Notes under the pieces: model-generated | The model's database searches: none | The model's input: the letters and a program-made list of their open reading frames with translations, nothing else | Told to the model about the DNA's origin: nothing | Part shown: one piece after another, positions 16,971 to 31,128 of the stretch | Position numbering within the stretch: position 1 is the stretch's first letter | How the letters are laid out: every line of letters begins with the position of its first letter | Assembly: GCA_963693365.1 (NCBI GenBank) | Contig: CAVNZM010000012.1 | Location: 5,778,889-5,842,888 of the forward strand | From: Amoebidium appalachense | Taxonomy: Eukaryota; Protista; Ichthyosporea | Length of the DNA stretch: 64,000 nt | Direction: 5' to 3' | Translations under genes and position numbers: made by a program

Positions 16971-19683
16971 TGCTTTGAAGTAAACTGAGAATAATATAAT
17001 TGCAGTACTGACTTGTGAGCATGGTATATTGACAGACACCGTAGGATGATGATTTTATGTTCGGGAACATTTTGGGGGGGTGCCAATTCCAGACTTCACT
17101 GAAATATGTTGCCCACCGGTACTGGCAGTGGAAAGTTAGTTGCGCATGCCTGCCCATGCATATCATAAAGGGGGTTACCAAACAGTTCTGTAAAATAAGT
17201 AAAACAACAAGATAATAATAATATTATAAAAAATTTGCAAGCAATTTAGAACATATTGCACTTGGTGGTTTTCAGCTACATGTTTTTGGAGGACCACAAG
17301 TAAACTTGGTACTTCGGCAATGGCAATCTCTCCCTAGACTGATAACACAGTGTGGCAAGAAAGGGGGGGGGGGGGGGGTTGACGGGGGGGGGGGGGGGGG
17401 GGGAGGTTAAATGAAAGGGAAAAGGGTCATAACATTTGGCAGATCCGGCAACTGCAGGATTGGGGGGGGAGGGGGGGGGGGGGAGCGTGAGGCGGGGGGC
17501 CAGGGGGGGGGGGGAGGGGGAAGTGTGAGGCGGGGGGGCCAGGGAGGGGGGGGGCCGCCGGGGGGGAGGGGAGGGAGGTAACAACCACACAACCCAACAT
17601 CAATAACTGTCTCGTTATGTTTTGGCGCTGTCGCCGGCGCACAGACCTACTTGTATATATACACACGCCACGGTGCTAGTGACGATGCTGGGTTTAGGAC
17701 GGTGATGCACGCACCGGTACCATGAACATGTATGCAAAGCTGATGCGAGTCCAGTCTTTCCTTGATGTCTGCTCCTAATAACGAAGAGCCACCACCCATG
17801 TGCACACCCTAGAATAGCCTTAAAGTTTATCTTGCAATGATTACTGACGTCTGCTCCTAATAACACGGTCAAAGCTGACGCATGCGTTTTCTATGACGGG
17901 GTTTACACACTTTTTATTGCGTGGACACTGCCGGAGGCCCAGCCACATTCGACGCCGTGACGGCTTACTGCGTTTTCCAGCGCAGCCAATCAAATGCAGC
18001 CAGTGACATATGTATATTGGTGTCACAGCGTGTCACGCAACAGTGACCGTCATTCAGTAGTCACGGCCTGTCACAGCATGTACGTGTCGACGTTGAACGC
18101 GTGGCGGCGGCGCGGAGGCGGTGATGATCACGGTGCCACGGTGCCACCGTTCCGCGGCGCCACCGGTGTACCGGCGGCCTGGCCGGGCCAAGGCTGCCAC
18201 CTACTGAGATGGCTCCTTATTTTTCCTTACACATTCAGCGAACACTGGACTCTATCTGTCTATCGAACCGTCGAGGCGCCGCGACAGAAAGGCAGTGCAC
18301 GCGGTCGCGAGAGTGTAAGGGAAAATCGGTGCAGCGAACGTAAAGTTCATCGCAGCGCGTGCACAGCACACCGTCAGTGACGTCTTAGGGGCCAAGGCAA
18401 AGGCCGTGACATTTGATCACACGGTAGTTCTGCGCGTCGGCGCCACGATTTCCACTGGAACCCCTAATTCCTGGCTTTTGGAGTCCTCTGTTCTAGTGCT
18501 TTAGAGGCCTCGACGTGTGGTACTTTTCACCAAAAATACCCAAATATCCCTTTCAGACACATTTTGGCCTGCCGGCCTCAGTCAGCTTCACATCGACCCA
18601 CTGGAGAGTCTGCCAGCGCCCTGACGAATTTCACACCCTGCTAATGGGCGCAAAATCCCGGGTTTTTTTTTGTTCCCCTACCTCAAGCTGATTGGAGGAA
18701 TAGTATGCTGCGCTTTCATTGGTGATCAGGGTATGCACTGAGCCAGGGTATGGTTGATGATCATCGAACAGGTGGCCGGTTTCGGTGGGCTGGTGCTGTG
18801 CTGAGAGAAATAATCAGGAAAATCAGGAGCACTTGGTCCAAGTATATGTCAATAGATCCAAAGCTTCTGCTGATTTTTATTTACCCTGCATATCTTTTTT
18901 GCGCATTCGTTTTAGCCGGCGGGTCATGGGAAAACGCGCGTATGCGTGTGCGTGCACATGCATGTCCAGATGCTGGCTCACGCCGCACGAGGTTACGGTT
19001 TAGGAGTAAATTAAGACCACAATTTTCCCGGACCAAAAGTGTCCCAAACAATATACGTTACCTCCGCCTATTTTCGAACAGTGCTATATCCTTTTCTTAG
19101 AGCCCCTTTTCATATGTAACCATGCGTGCTACACCATGGATCTGGCCAGCTCGTCCCAAACCAAAACAACATTACACACCCTGATTGCATTTGGTTCAGG
19201 CACATGATTGGATTTCCGCATTAGATGCATATCAAATCAAGAGTCAGTAACCAATAGAATAAATAGAATAAATAGATCTAATTCCCACAAGTACTACCCT
19301 TTATCAACTAATGATAAACCACCAATCGCTGACCTGTCAGTTAAAAAATATGTTTAGGCTGAAATAGGCTCCACGTGTTCCCAACCTTTGCCTGGGCTAG
19401 CCCGCGCAGCGATCCTTCGACACGATTGGTTTGCCCTAACCGGCAAACAAATTGCCACCCGATCTGCAGGTTCAGATGTGCATTATTACGTAATTTTGGT
19501 TCAAGGGGTGTTGAAAAAGGTGTTGGCTCTCAATTTAGGGGGGTCCATATATATTTCAAATGCCCAAGGGAATTCATGTTTTTCACCGAGAATAGCATAA
19601 TTCTTCCTGCGGGACCACAAGTATAAATAGCATCGTTACTGCACCAAACAAAACGTGAAGCGCATTTCTAACCATCAGCCACC

Positions 19684-20713
19684 ATGTTCGCTCTGGCACC
19701 CATCGTTCTGGCCGTGGCCGCTCTGTGCCCCTCTGTGCAGGGCCACGGGGCCATGATCGACCCCGAGCCCTGGCGCATGACGGAGAGCTTCTTCAACAAG
19801 CTGGGGGGCATGCGCAGGCTGCTCAAATCTGGCGAGAATGGCGGCCAGGAAATCCCCAACTACCTCGTGCAGTCGGCCCCCATGGAGTACTGGAAGGAGG
19901 AGGGGCTCAGCCACCCCACTGGCGGCGCATACACCCTTCCCTGCCGCGGTGTCTCTCCGGACGGCACCACCCACAGGGTACGTGCCACACTCAGCAGATC
20001 AGCAAGCTACAAACACATCTTCTGTGTTTAGCAATGCAGACAGGCACGCAGTACCGGCCTTAGACTGGGCACTCTTGGATACACACCTACATGCCTGATA
20101 ACAGTTGTTTCTTCACGCTTTAATTCCGTGAAGAAACAACTGTTATCAGGCAAATTAAAGCGTGAAGAAACAACTGTTATCAGGCAAGTAGTGTCGGTGA
20201 TGTCGGCTTGTACCCTTTTCTCCAGCATCTATGGGTCTGTAATGTTCTAGCCTGTGGCTGTCGGCCAGTTTTCTGCCCCACCTCCTCTCCTTGCTGTGAG
20301 GTTTTGATGCTTTACGCTTACATCACACACGCAACCATGCTGATCAAACCCTGCCCCTTCAGGTGACCCCGGGCGGTACTCTGCGCATCAAGTACCAGAT
20401 TGATGTAAGGCACGGCGGTGACTGCACGTTCAAAATCTTCCAGGGCAAGCCTGGCAGCCACAAGCAGATTGGCAGCACCAAGCACATCAAGGGCTGCGGC
20501 AACCATGTTAACAGTGGTGTGTGGACCAGCATCGATGTGCCCAAGGAGGCTGCCGGCTGTGGCGGCTCCAAGTTCTGCTTTGTGCAGTTCTACTGGTCCA
20601 CTGACGGCCATGACAATGGGGGTGACTCCCAGACCTACTGCAACTGTGCAACCATTGTGGCCGGCGGGAAGAGGCGCGGGGCCATCCGTGGCCGCCGGGC
20701 CAGCCAGCAGTAG
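19684..20713 (+). CDS. Secreted lytic polysaccharide monooxygenase-like (histidine-brace) protein, 2 exons
   Basis: Exons 19684-19977 and 20363-20713 join in phase 0. The signal peptide MFALAPIVLAVAALCPSVQG would expose an N-terminal HG. Also PCRG, a second His in RHGGDCTF, C-GGSKFCFVQFYW and QTYCNCATI, matching the LPMO pattern H1...HxGxC...QxYxNCA. Confidence 0.8.
20092..20186. repeat. Intronic triple-arm inverted repeat (A, A', A')
   Basis: Arm A tgcctgataacagttgtttcttcacg (20092-20117); its exact reverse complement at 20127-20152 and again at 20161-20186. Confidence 0.92.
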
Positions 20714-21760
20714 GTGGGCCCGAAAGACTGCACTTAAACCACACAACTACCAATCTCTCAGTTGTTTAACCACTTTAGTCAGTTGAATACGCGATTTCGT
20801 GGCTAAGCCGGACATGGCTTGGTGCTTACAAGTTTACATTAGCTATTTTAATCCCATTTTTAATCCCATACTGTCCAATCCTCATAATAGGTTAGCTATC
20901 CGAAATCCCATTCTTCAAACCCTGAAAAAATGGCTTTTCCCAGTCTGTCCTAGCATGAGCTCATGTATAGTCCTTTTTATCAAACCATTTTATTACCACC
21001 AAGAAAGGGGCCAGGCTTGGCCCCACCATGTAATCTGTACACAGATGAATAGTTGCTGCTGTGCCATGTATAGTCCCCACACTTATGGATTGTTGATGAA
21101 TGCAATGCCCTGCTGGCTCAGGGCCGATAAACTCACTCACATACCATCCCTGTATGCCTCTCCACAGCCCCGGCACATCATTGCATGTGCACCCCGCACC
21201 AACCACCCACATCCGCCACAACAAACTAGCACCTTCCCCTACCCCCCCAACCACCACCACACCTACTGCATGCAGCACACACAGCGTTTTGCATCTACAT
21301 GCACCACAATCCACCATTGCTACACTGCATTCACACATTCTGATGTTGACCCCCTGCCCACTCCGCACACACATACAGTTGCACATGACCCTCCCCCCCC
21401 CCCCCCCCCCCCCCCTCAACACACACACAAACACACATGCTTGCACAAACATGCACCTTGACCCATCTCTCCCTTCCCAACCCCAAAACACAAATACGCA
21501 TTGACTTGCACCTACATACACCTCGGCCCACCATCACTGCACTGCACATGCTCCACCTCCCCTCCTTCCCCTCCCCCCCCAGCACACACACACACACATG
21601 CACCTCGGCCCACCATCACTACACTGCACATGCCCCCTATCCCCCCTATCCTCCCCCTTTCCCCTTCCCCCTCAACACACACACACCTTCACATATGTGC
21701 ACGTTGACCCCCCCCCATCACTACACTGCACACAAATAACCCCCCTCTCCCCCGAGCTCT

Positions 21761-21812
21761 CTTCCTCTGTTTAGGTTAGTGAGTCACTTCCTCTGTTTAG
21801 GTTAGTGAGTCA
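21761..21812. repeat. Perfect 26-bp tandem duplication
   Basis: cttcctctgtttaggttagtgagtca x2. Confidence 0.85.
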
Positions 21813-22534
21813 CGGAGCCTTGTGGAAGCCCCGGGGGCCACTTTTGTGTAACAGCCCGGCTCAGCTTTGAAGGAGCCCTAGTAGTACCTGTGTGCCCGTG
21901 TTTTCTTTGTTACTGTCTGCTTGTATGTGTTATCACCCCCTCACACGTGGTTGCACATACATGCACCATCACCATGTTGCGCACATAAAACTCAACCCCC
22001 CCAGCCAACCAACCGCCACCCAGTCCCAGAGTCTAGAATGCAAAGTGAGAAAGTCGACGCTCAGGTGCTATGACTGATTGTACTTGAGGCCCGTCCGAGG
22101 ATGGGCCCTACCTATGTTACATAACACAGTGGCTCTGTGTCTGCTCTGCAAACCTGCATCGTGAAGCCTGCATCGTGCAGTGTGAATGTGTACTTCGCGA
22201 GACTCTCTCAACACCCTCCTCCTCCCCCCTTCTTCCCCCCCCCCCCCTCCACCACCTCCCCACCTCCCAACCACACATGCAGAAAATCCCTTGCTTTCCT
22301 TCAGCAAGCACGGTGCAGGAGCAGCAGCCACAGTGTAATGCAGTCTATGCAGCAGTGATCGTGGCTTGCTCCCTGACGGTCCTTATCACCTCATGTCATC
22401 CCATCTCCCCCCCCCCCCCCCCCCCCCCTCCCGATGCCCTGCTCTGCTCTATGCTCATATGGCACATTTCGGTTTGCACTCATGCCTCCTTGATTCTGCT
22501 CGTCTGTGATCTGACATGGGCACACACACACAGT

Positions 22535-22566
<32 letters not shown>

Positions 22567-23660
22567 ACACATGTACACACATGCACACATTGTACACACG
22601 CGTGCGCACACACACACATGCACACTTGTATAAACACACACAAACACACATACATACATACACGTGTACACACATGCACACATGCACACACACACACACA
22701 CAACACGCGCACGCACACACACACACAAACACACGCACATGTAACAACTGTAGAGAGAGTGTGTCTCCGACAGCACCTGACCACCCAAACCCTAGCCTCT
22801 TCATGTCAGCCAAGACCCAGGTGGGGGGGGGATAACGGTAAGGGGGCAGCCACTAGCCTCGGGTGCGCGCTCACAACTTGCTCTGCATGCCACATATGTA
22901 CTGTGCCAGAGGCCACTAGGGACCAATCACGTCTACGCGTTAATTTTACTGTCACGGGCCGGGTCATTCACAGGGCCACACTACCAGGCCTTCATTCTTG
23001 GCCCACATTATATACGTCAGAATAATTATTCCGCATGCCACTTGTGTTATCGGAGTGTACCACATAAAACGAATCGTGCAATAGAAATGTGCAGCATAAC
23101 ACTACCTGAACTTAATGCCTATAACACTGTTGGGTTACTAAAAATGTGCCGCATGCCACAGTGATTCCTCGTGTTTTAAAAAAAAAAAATGCCCCATACA
23201 ACTGGCATCATTGAAATGTGCTCCACATGCCACTTGCCAGCCTTTAAAACTTTAATTCTCTTCAGTTCAAAATACGACCCAACCAGCTAACCCACGTCCA
23301 CCTACCCCCCATATCATAGTAGTACGTGCACAGACAGACAGACGCACAACTGCACAAGGCCCACACACCCTCTCGGCCATGGCCCCCTCCTGCTGGCCCC
23401 CACCCTGTCAGGTCCCACATTCCATGTAGACAGATGCAATTCTCGGAGTGCACACAGTGCCTGCCTTACCACTCCACAGCACCTCCCAATTTCTTGCACG
23501 TGCAAGCCTCTTACCCTGCTTTGCCCCTGTGCAACATGCCTATTCTGAAACCCACTCCCCCCACCCCCACCACCCACCCACCCACCCTCTCCCCCCAACA
23601 CCACCGACCCAAAAACAAACATGCCTACATTCTGAGACCCCCCTGTGACCCCCCTGTTTC

Positions 23661-23709
<49 letters not shown>

Positions 23710-23731
23710 AAAAAAAAAAAAAGCGCACCTG

Positions 23732-24863
23732 CTATGATGCGTAGACCTGGCGGTGTGGAGCCAGTGGCAGGTGTGAGTTGAGCTCCTTCTGCTGCCTCTC
23801 TCCGTCACTGGTCCGGTGGCCCAGCCTGCACCCAGCGTCAGAAAAAAAGGGGGTTTAGCCAGCGTCAGAAATAACTAAAAAGGGGGTTTAGCACGTGTTA
23901 TGGGGTACAACGCACACATGCATGGCTGAAAACACTAAGCAGATTGCAAAGCACACGTGCATGGCTGAAAAAACTAAGCAGATTGCAAGGCACACATGCA
24001 TGGCTGCAAACACTAAGCAGATTGCAAAGCACATATGCATGGCTGAAAACACCAAGCACATTGCAAAGCACACATAACTGGTGGTGGTGGGGTGGGTGGG
24101 TTGGGGGGCGGGGGGCATGGGGGAGGGGGGAGAGGGGGAGGGGGGGACATGTATGTGTTAGAGGGCTGGGAATATGGAGAAGGCACCAAAGGACAAAGTA
24201 CAAAACGTCACAAAAATGAAAAACTCAATATCAAACACGGAAAGCGTGCAGGCAGAAGACAGTTGAACAGAGCCAATCGTCAGGGGGGTGGAGTGGGGGG
24301 AGTAAACATACTTGAGGGAGGCCTCCTCTATCTTCTTGATCCACGACTCCTTCTCTGCCGGGGAGTATGCTGTGCAGGGGAAGGGGGAGGTCAGAATGTG
24401 CTATACAACTTGAAGTATACTACACGTTCACCACTGACAACACCAGATTTTTTATTTTATTTTTTTATTTTTATTTTATTTTATTTTATTTTATTTTATT
24501 TATTTTATTTTTTTATTTATTTATTTTTTTTTTTGGGGGGGGGGGGGGGGGGAGAAAGAAAGAAGAGTATGCACCACCAGCAGAGCCCATTGGCTTTGCA
24601 TGACAGGCGGGTGGGGAGGGAACTCACCCATGAACTCCTGCAGGGTTGTGCCGATGATGAGGTAGAACGACTTGTTCTCGGCAGCTGCAGCCACCCATAC
24701 CCGGTCAGCACACACACACACACACCCTGGACCCTGCCCCCTGCATGCACCCACCTGAGGTCTTGACGTCCCTCACGATCACATCGTTGAGCCGCACGGG
24801 CTGTAAGCACGTGTTAGGGTGAGTGCCCATGCACATATACTGCACCACCCCCCCCCCCCTCCC

Positions 24864-24894
<31 letters not shown>

Positions 24895-25417
24895 ATTGCC
24901 CCCCCCCCCCCCCCCCCCCCCCCCCTCCCCCTCCCCTCCTACATACACTGCATCCCTCCACCCACACGTATGCCCTTTGTGCCCGTGCACACACCTGCAT
25001 GTACAGCTGCAGCTTGTCCCCTCTCTCCGTGGTCAGCAGCATCATGTCTGTCAGCAGGATCGCATGCACCTTCTGTCCCTCCAGCGCCCGCTTGACCTCT
25101 GCACATCAACCCCCCCAAAACGTCAGCAAACTATCCCCCCATCTCCCTCCACCCATCATGCAGCAGGGCACTTACTGTCCTGGGGCTGTGCCTCGTTTGG
25201 CATGTTGATCTTGTTGAACTTGTTGACCTGGAGGTAGCCCTCTACCAGCACCTCCCGTACCTGGTCGGTGAGGTCCACGGCCTGCATCAGGTGTGAGCAC
25301 ACACGGTACATGCACACATGCACATGCATATGCACACACACACACACACACACACAAACATACACACACACAAAGCCCCACGTACACACACATTTGGCAC
25401 ACACGCACACACACACA

Positions 25418-25465
<48 letters not shown>

Positions 25466-25548
25466 CACACACACGTACGCAAGTACACAAGCACGCACGG
25501 ACGTACACATACCCACCCACCCACCCCCCTTCCCACCCACCCACCCCC

Positions 25549-25589
<41 letters not shown>

Positions 25590-27700
25590 CCCCGCCCCGC
25601 CCGCCCGCCCCGCCCGCCCGCCCGCCCTTCCCCGTGTCCCTCATACCCAGGCCTTGTTCTCCTTTGGGCACTCCAGCCTCCTCTGCAGCTTCAGCAGACT
25701 ATAAGCATTGTTGATGGCGCCACTCCTCTTGTTGATGACGTCAATCAGCCCCTTGAGCCGCCCTAGTAGCTCCTTGACTGGCTCCCGGTCGGAGTGGCCC
25801 TCACGCATCAGCTTGATGCAGTCCTGTGGAAACATATCAGCTATTGCCCCAGTCCCCCCCCCCCCTCCCCCCCTCCCCCCATACTCCCCCTCCTCCCCCC
25901 CCCCCCCCCCTCTCCTCCCCTTCCCTGCCCCCCCCCCCCCCCCCCCCCCCCAAATAATTACCTCGAGCAGCAGGCAGTATCTCGTGATGCGCTGCATGGG
26001 GAATGCAAGGAAGGCCTCCATCTGGTTGCGGTTGCACCGCGGGTGCGCCTCGGCCTCCTGCAGACACAAGGTTAGCCCCAATGCGAGATAAATGGCAGGT
26101 TATAGTTCGAACGCAATTGCATGGCAGGTTATAGTTACAACGCAAGATGCATGGCAGGTTATAGTTACAACGCAAGATGCATGTCAGGTTATAGTTACAA
26201 CGCAAGATGCATGTCAGGTTATAGTTACAACGCAAGATGCATGGCAGGTTATAGTTACAACGCAAGATGCGTAGCAGGTTATAGTTCCAACGCAAGATGC
26301 ATGGCAGGTTATAGCCCCAGTGCTAGATAAATGGCATGACTGTTCATGCAGCCACACTGAAACAGGCCCACGTGCACACACGGCACAGAGCAGAAAAATA
26401 CGCCGGGCAGGGCCACGTGCACACACTTTTTCACAGGGCACGTGCACACACTTTCACAGGGCACGTGCACACACTTTCACAGGGCACGTGCACACACTTT
26501 CACAGGGCACGTGCACACTATTCACAGGGCACGTGCACACACTTTCACAGGGCACGTGCACACACTTTCACAGGGCACGTGCACACACTTTCACAGGGCA
26601 CGTGCACACTATTCACAGGGCACGTGCACACTATTCACAGGGCACGTGCACACTATTCACAGGGCACGTGCACACAAGCAGGGGCAGGGCCACACCTGTA
26701 CGATCTTGAGGAAGCTGTAGTGCTTCTTCTCCTCCTTGATGATGTCCTCTGCAAGCGCCTTGTTTGCGCAAAACAGCGCATACACTCGGAAACTGTCCAT
26801 CTGCAGACACACGATCAGGAATAGCAAACCCCAAACTCGAACAGCCAATCGTAAATCTGAAAGGTCAAAACGCCTTTTTTGGTCCGATTTGCGGCTCTCT
26901 GACTGGACCAAAACAACGGCAATTCAAAGTACTCAATAAAAACGCTATAACTTTTGAACCATTGGTCCAACTCTTCTAAAACTTTCTAAAACAACGTAAC
27001 TATTGGTCAACTTAAGTTTAGGACTCCGCTTCACAACAAAAGTCACGTGCTTCACAGGTCTACACTAAGGGAGGGCCAAAAGACTTATAATTTTCTCCTC
27101 GAGAGCGATTCTGATCGTTCGCCGCATGAAACCAATGACATCAGCAAGATTATGCGACAGATGACGAAAAAACTGCGACAAACTGCGTCCCAATGATTAC
27201 CCCTGGAATTACGTCTCAAATAGAATACGCTTGATTGGATCTCTGCGTATCGGCATTCTATTTTAATTGATATGTAGCCGATCGCTAGGCGCATCACGAT
27301 CCTATACCAACCAGCTTTAGCCGAATTTCAAAGAAGGGGGATCTGCTAAGCAACGATTCGATGTTCCAGTTTGGAGTCTGCTATCAGGAATAGCAGCAGC
27401 CACCCATGCAGCCAGGCATACACGTGGTTGGATCTATAATGTGCTTGCACGCAGGGGCACACACACACACGGGCTTGGATCTTGAATTATGCTTGCAGGC
27501 AGGCGCACACACACACACGTGGTTGGATCTAGAATTATGCTTGCAGGCAGGCGCGCACACACACACACACGTGGTTGGATCTAGAATTATGCTTGCAGGC
27601 AGGCACACACACACCCACATGCTTGGATCTAGAATGTGCTTGCAGGCAGGCACACACACACACACACACACACGTGGGTGGATCTAGAATGTGCTGGCAG

Positions 27701-27765
<65 letters not shown>

Positions 27766-27831
27766 GGTGGATCTAGAAATTGTGGCAGGCATGCATACAC
27801 ACACGTGGTTGGATCTAGAATGTGCTGGCAG

Positions 27832-27870
<39 letters not shown>

Positions 27871-28536
27871 GTTGGATCTAGAATTTGCAGGCAGGCACAC
27901 ACACACACACACATACATACACACAGGTGGTTGGACATAGAACGTGATGCAGGCAGGCAAACACACACGCACGTGGTTGGATCTAGAATGTGCTGGCAGC
28001 CACACACACACGCACGTGGTTGGATCTAGAATGTGCTGGCAGGCACACACACAAGAACGTGGTTGGATCTAGAATGTGCTTAAACGTGATGGGGCATACC
28101 TCATCAAAGAGGTCGCTGAACTTTTCCACCACCGGTGTCTCGTTCTGCCGCTCAATCAGCTTGTTGAGGAACCGGATACTGCACACACACACACACGTGT
28201 TAGCCCCCACACCCATGCCCCTGCATGCTGGCACCCGCACCTTGCCCACGCACCTGACATGGATGATGTCCTCTGTGTTTGCAAAGATGGCCATCACCCT
28301 CTCCCGGGCCACAGAGCTGGACAGCAGAGGGTCCATGAACACCTGGGGGGGGGGGAGGGGGGGGGGGGGGGGGGGGGGGTGAGTGTGTGCCACCAAAAAG
28401 AGGCCAGAGAGATAGTGTAGTGTAGGACAAAAGGCACTGCTGTGCAGGGGAGAGAGAAAATGTAGTGAAGGGGAGAAGATAACACAGTCAAGAATAGAAA
28501 CATGTGCTTGTGTGCGCGTGCATCTGTGTCCATGTG

Positions 28537-28581
<45 letters not shown>

Positions 28582-29115
28582 ATGAGTATGAATGTCTGTT
28601 CGTGGGCGCGCACGTGCTCATACAGCTACATGTGCAAATGCGCACGTTCTGCTGTGTTCGTGCTTCTGATGTACAGGTATGTGTGTGTGGGTCTATGTGT
28701 GTGCGCGCGCATGTGTGTGTGTGTGCGCACGCCTGCGATATATTTGTGTGTGTGGTGCGTGCACGCAGGTTCATGTATGCGAGCCTGTGATGTATTTGTG
28801 TGTGTGGGGGGGAGGGGGATGTTCGTGTGTGTGCATGTGCTCACCTCCTTGAATGTGATCATCAGTTTGACATAGTTGTACTCCGTCTTGACCAACTCTA
28901 CAACCCACCCACCCATGTCAGCATGGCTACCTCTAGCACCTTCTACCATATTTCAGAAGTATTAACCCAATTACCAAAGAATTTCTGCTGCAGCTCGATC
29001 AGTTTCTTGCCGTTGGGCTCCAACTTGAGAGCCTCAAATTCCTTGGGGGCATACAGGTCCCAGGTCTCGTAGTTGCGGGCTGGGCTGGTCTGTTCCCAAC
29101 AACATACATCAGTGT

Positions 29116-29172
<57 letters not shown>

Positions 29173-29520
29173 TGTGTATGTGTGTGTGTGTGTGTGCACA
29201 GGTGTTAAGAGTGTGCAGCGTGGTGTGTGTGCATAGGTGTTCAGAATATGTAGTGTGTGCATAGGTGTTAAGAATGCATAGTGTGTGTGTGTGTGTTGTG
29301 TCGCTAGTGTGCATGTTGGTGTGTATGGGCACGTTGTGTGTGCTTTGATTTTGTCCAGTCTCACGATGTCACAGTAACTTGTGTGCCTAAGCCCCCGGTC
29401 GTGGGCCGAGACCAGCTGACTGCGGCTCTAGTAACTGGGTTCTCCCATGCGTGTATGTCCATGAGGGGGGGGGGGGTGCCTCTTAGAGTGCAGGTGTGTG
29501 TGTGTGTGTGTGTGTGCGTG

Positions 29521-29568
<48 letters not shown>

Positions 29569-31040
29569 GGGGGGGGGGGGGGGGGGGTGTTCGAGCGAGT
29601 GAATGAATAAGCATGTGTGAGCGCGCAAGGCAGCAGGTGTGTATGATGATGTAATTGGTGGTGGGAGTGTAGCAGGGCACCCACCGCTATTAGCGTCTCC
29701 ATCGAGAGGTTTGCTCGTACACTCCGTGTCCGTGCCAGTGTCTGCAAGGCGATAGTGTCAGAATAACCATATCATGAAGTGATGAATGTCAGAATACCCA
29801 TATCATGAAGTGATGAATGTCAGAATAACCATATCATGAAGTGATGAATGTCAGAATAACCATATCATGAAGTGATGAATGTCAGAATAACCATATCATG
29901 AAGTGATGAATGTCAGAATAGCCATGTCATGAAGTGATGAATGTCAGAATAGCCATCTCATGAAGTGATGAATGTCAGAATAGCCATCTCATGAAGTGAT
30001 GAATGTCAGAATAGCCATGTCATGAAGTGATGAATGTCAGAATAGCCATGTCATGAAGTGATGAATGTCAGAATAACCATGTCATGAAGTGATGAATGTC
30101 AGAATACCATCTCATGAAGTGATGAATGTCAGAATAACCATGTCATGAAGTGATGCACCACCCCACCCACCTACACACACAGAGACACACACACACACAT
30201 TTAAACAGACACTCCCACCCATACACATACACATACGCACACAGACAGAGACACAGACACACACAAACACCCCCCCTCCCCCCTTCACGCACACACACAC
30301 CCGCACACGTCAACAGCCACCCACGCACACACACTTACACAAATAAACAAACAGACAGACACCCGTGCGCAGGCGCACTCACCCACAACCACACACCCAC
30401 CCACACGCCCACCCACCCACCCACGCAACCACACAACTACACACCCACCCACCCGCCCACACAATGGGAACCACATACGTGCCCACACACCCACCCACAT
30501 GCCCACCCACACACGCACACGCCCACACGCCCACACACCCACCCACACGCACACACGTACACACGCACGCACACACATACACAACACGCACACGAACACC
30601 CACACAACCACCCACACACACACACCTACCCACACACCCACACCCACACACCCACACACCCACACACCCACACACACCCACACACACGCACCGGCATGCC
30701 CGTTGATGGTGATCTTGAGACTGATGCATCTGGTGTTGCTGGTCTGTCTTCCTCTGTGTGTGCCGTCTGCGCCTACCACAAAGTCAGCATCCCCCCCCCC
30801 CCCCCCCCCCCCCCCCCCACACCCACACACCCACACACCCACACCCACACACCCACCTCTGCATCCCCCTGGTCTGTTGCTGTGTGTGCCAGCCTCTCAG
30901 TCTTCATTGCCCGTCTGGCTGCCGCCCTCTCGGCCATGCCCCCTGACGGTGACCGTACAACCGTGGCGGGTGAGGGGCCCTGGGGGTAGGTGTGAGTGAG
31001 TGTGAGTGAGTGCGAGTGTGTGTGTGTGTGTGAGTGTGTG

Positions 31041-31128
<88 letters not shown>

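Noticed and set aside
22068-23530. Possible further RhoGEF 3' exons
   Set aside because: An in-frame TAG at 23732-23734 precedes them and their translations show no recognisable domain; they may be UTR or alternative exons.
26092-26330. Periodic peptide ORFs ([10 protein letters not shown] repeats etc.) suggesting a RiPP or repeat protein
   Set aside because: A 30-bp intronic tandem repeat open in multiple frames on both strands, with no signal peptide or processing context.
27419-28080. CRISPR-like repeat/spacer appearance
   Set aside because: The spacers are only (CA)n, the array lies in a spliceosomal intron and there are no cas genes. The same applies to the arrays at 29755 and 56128, which have no unique spacers.
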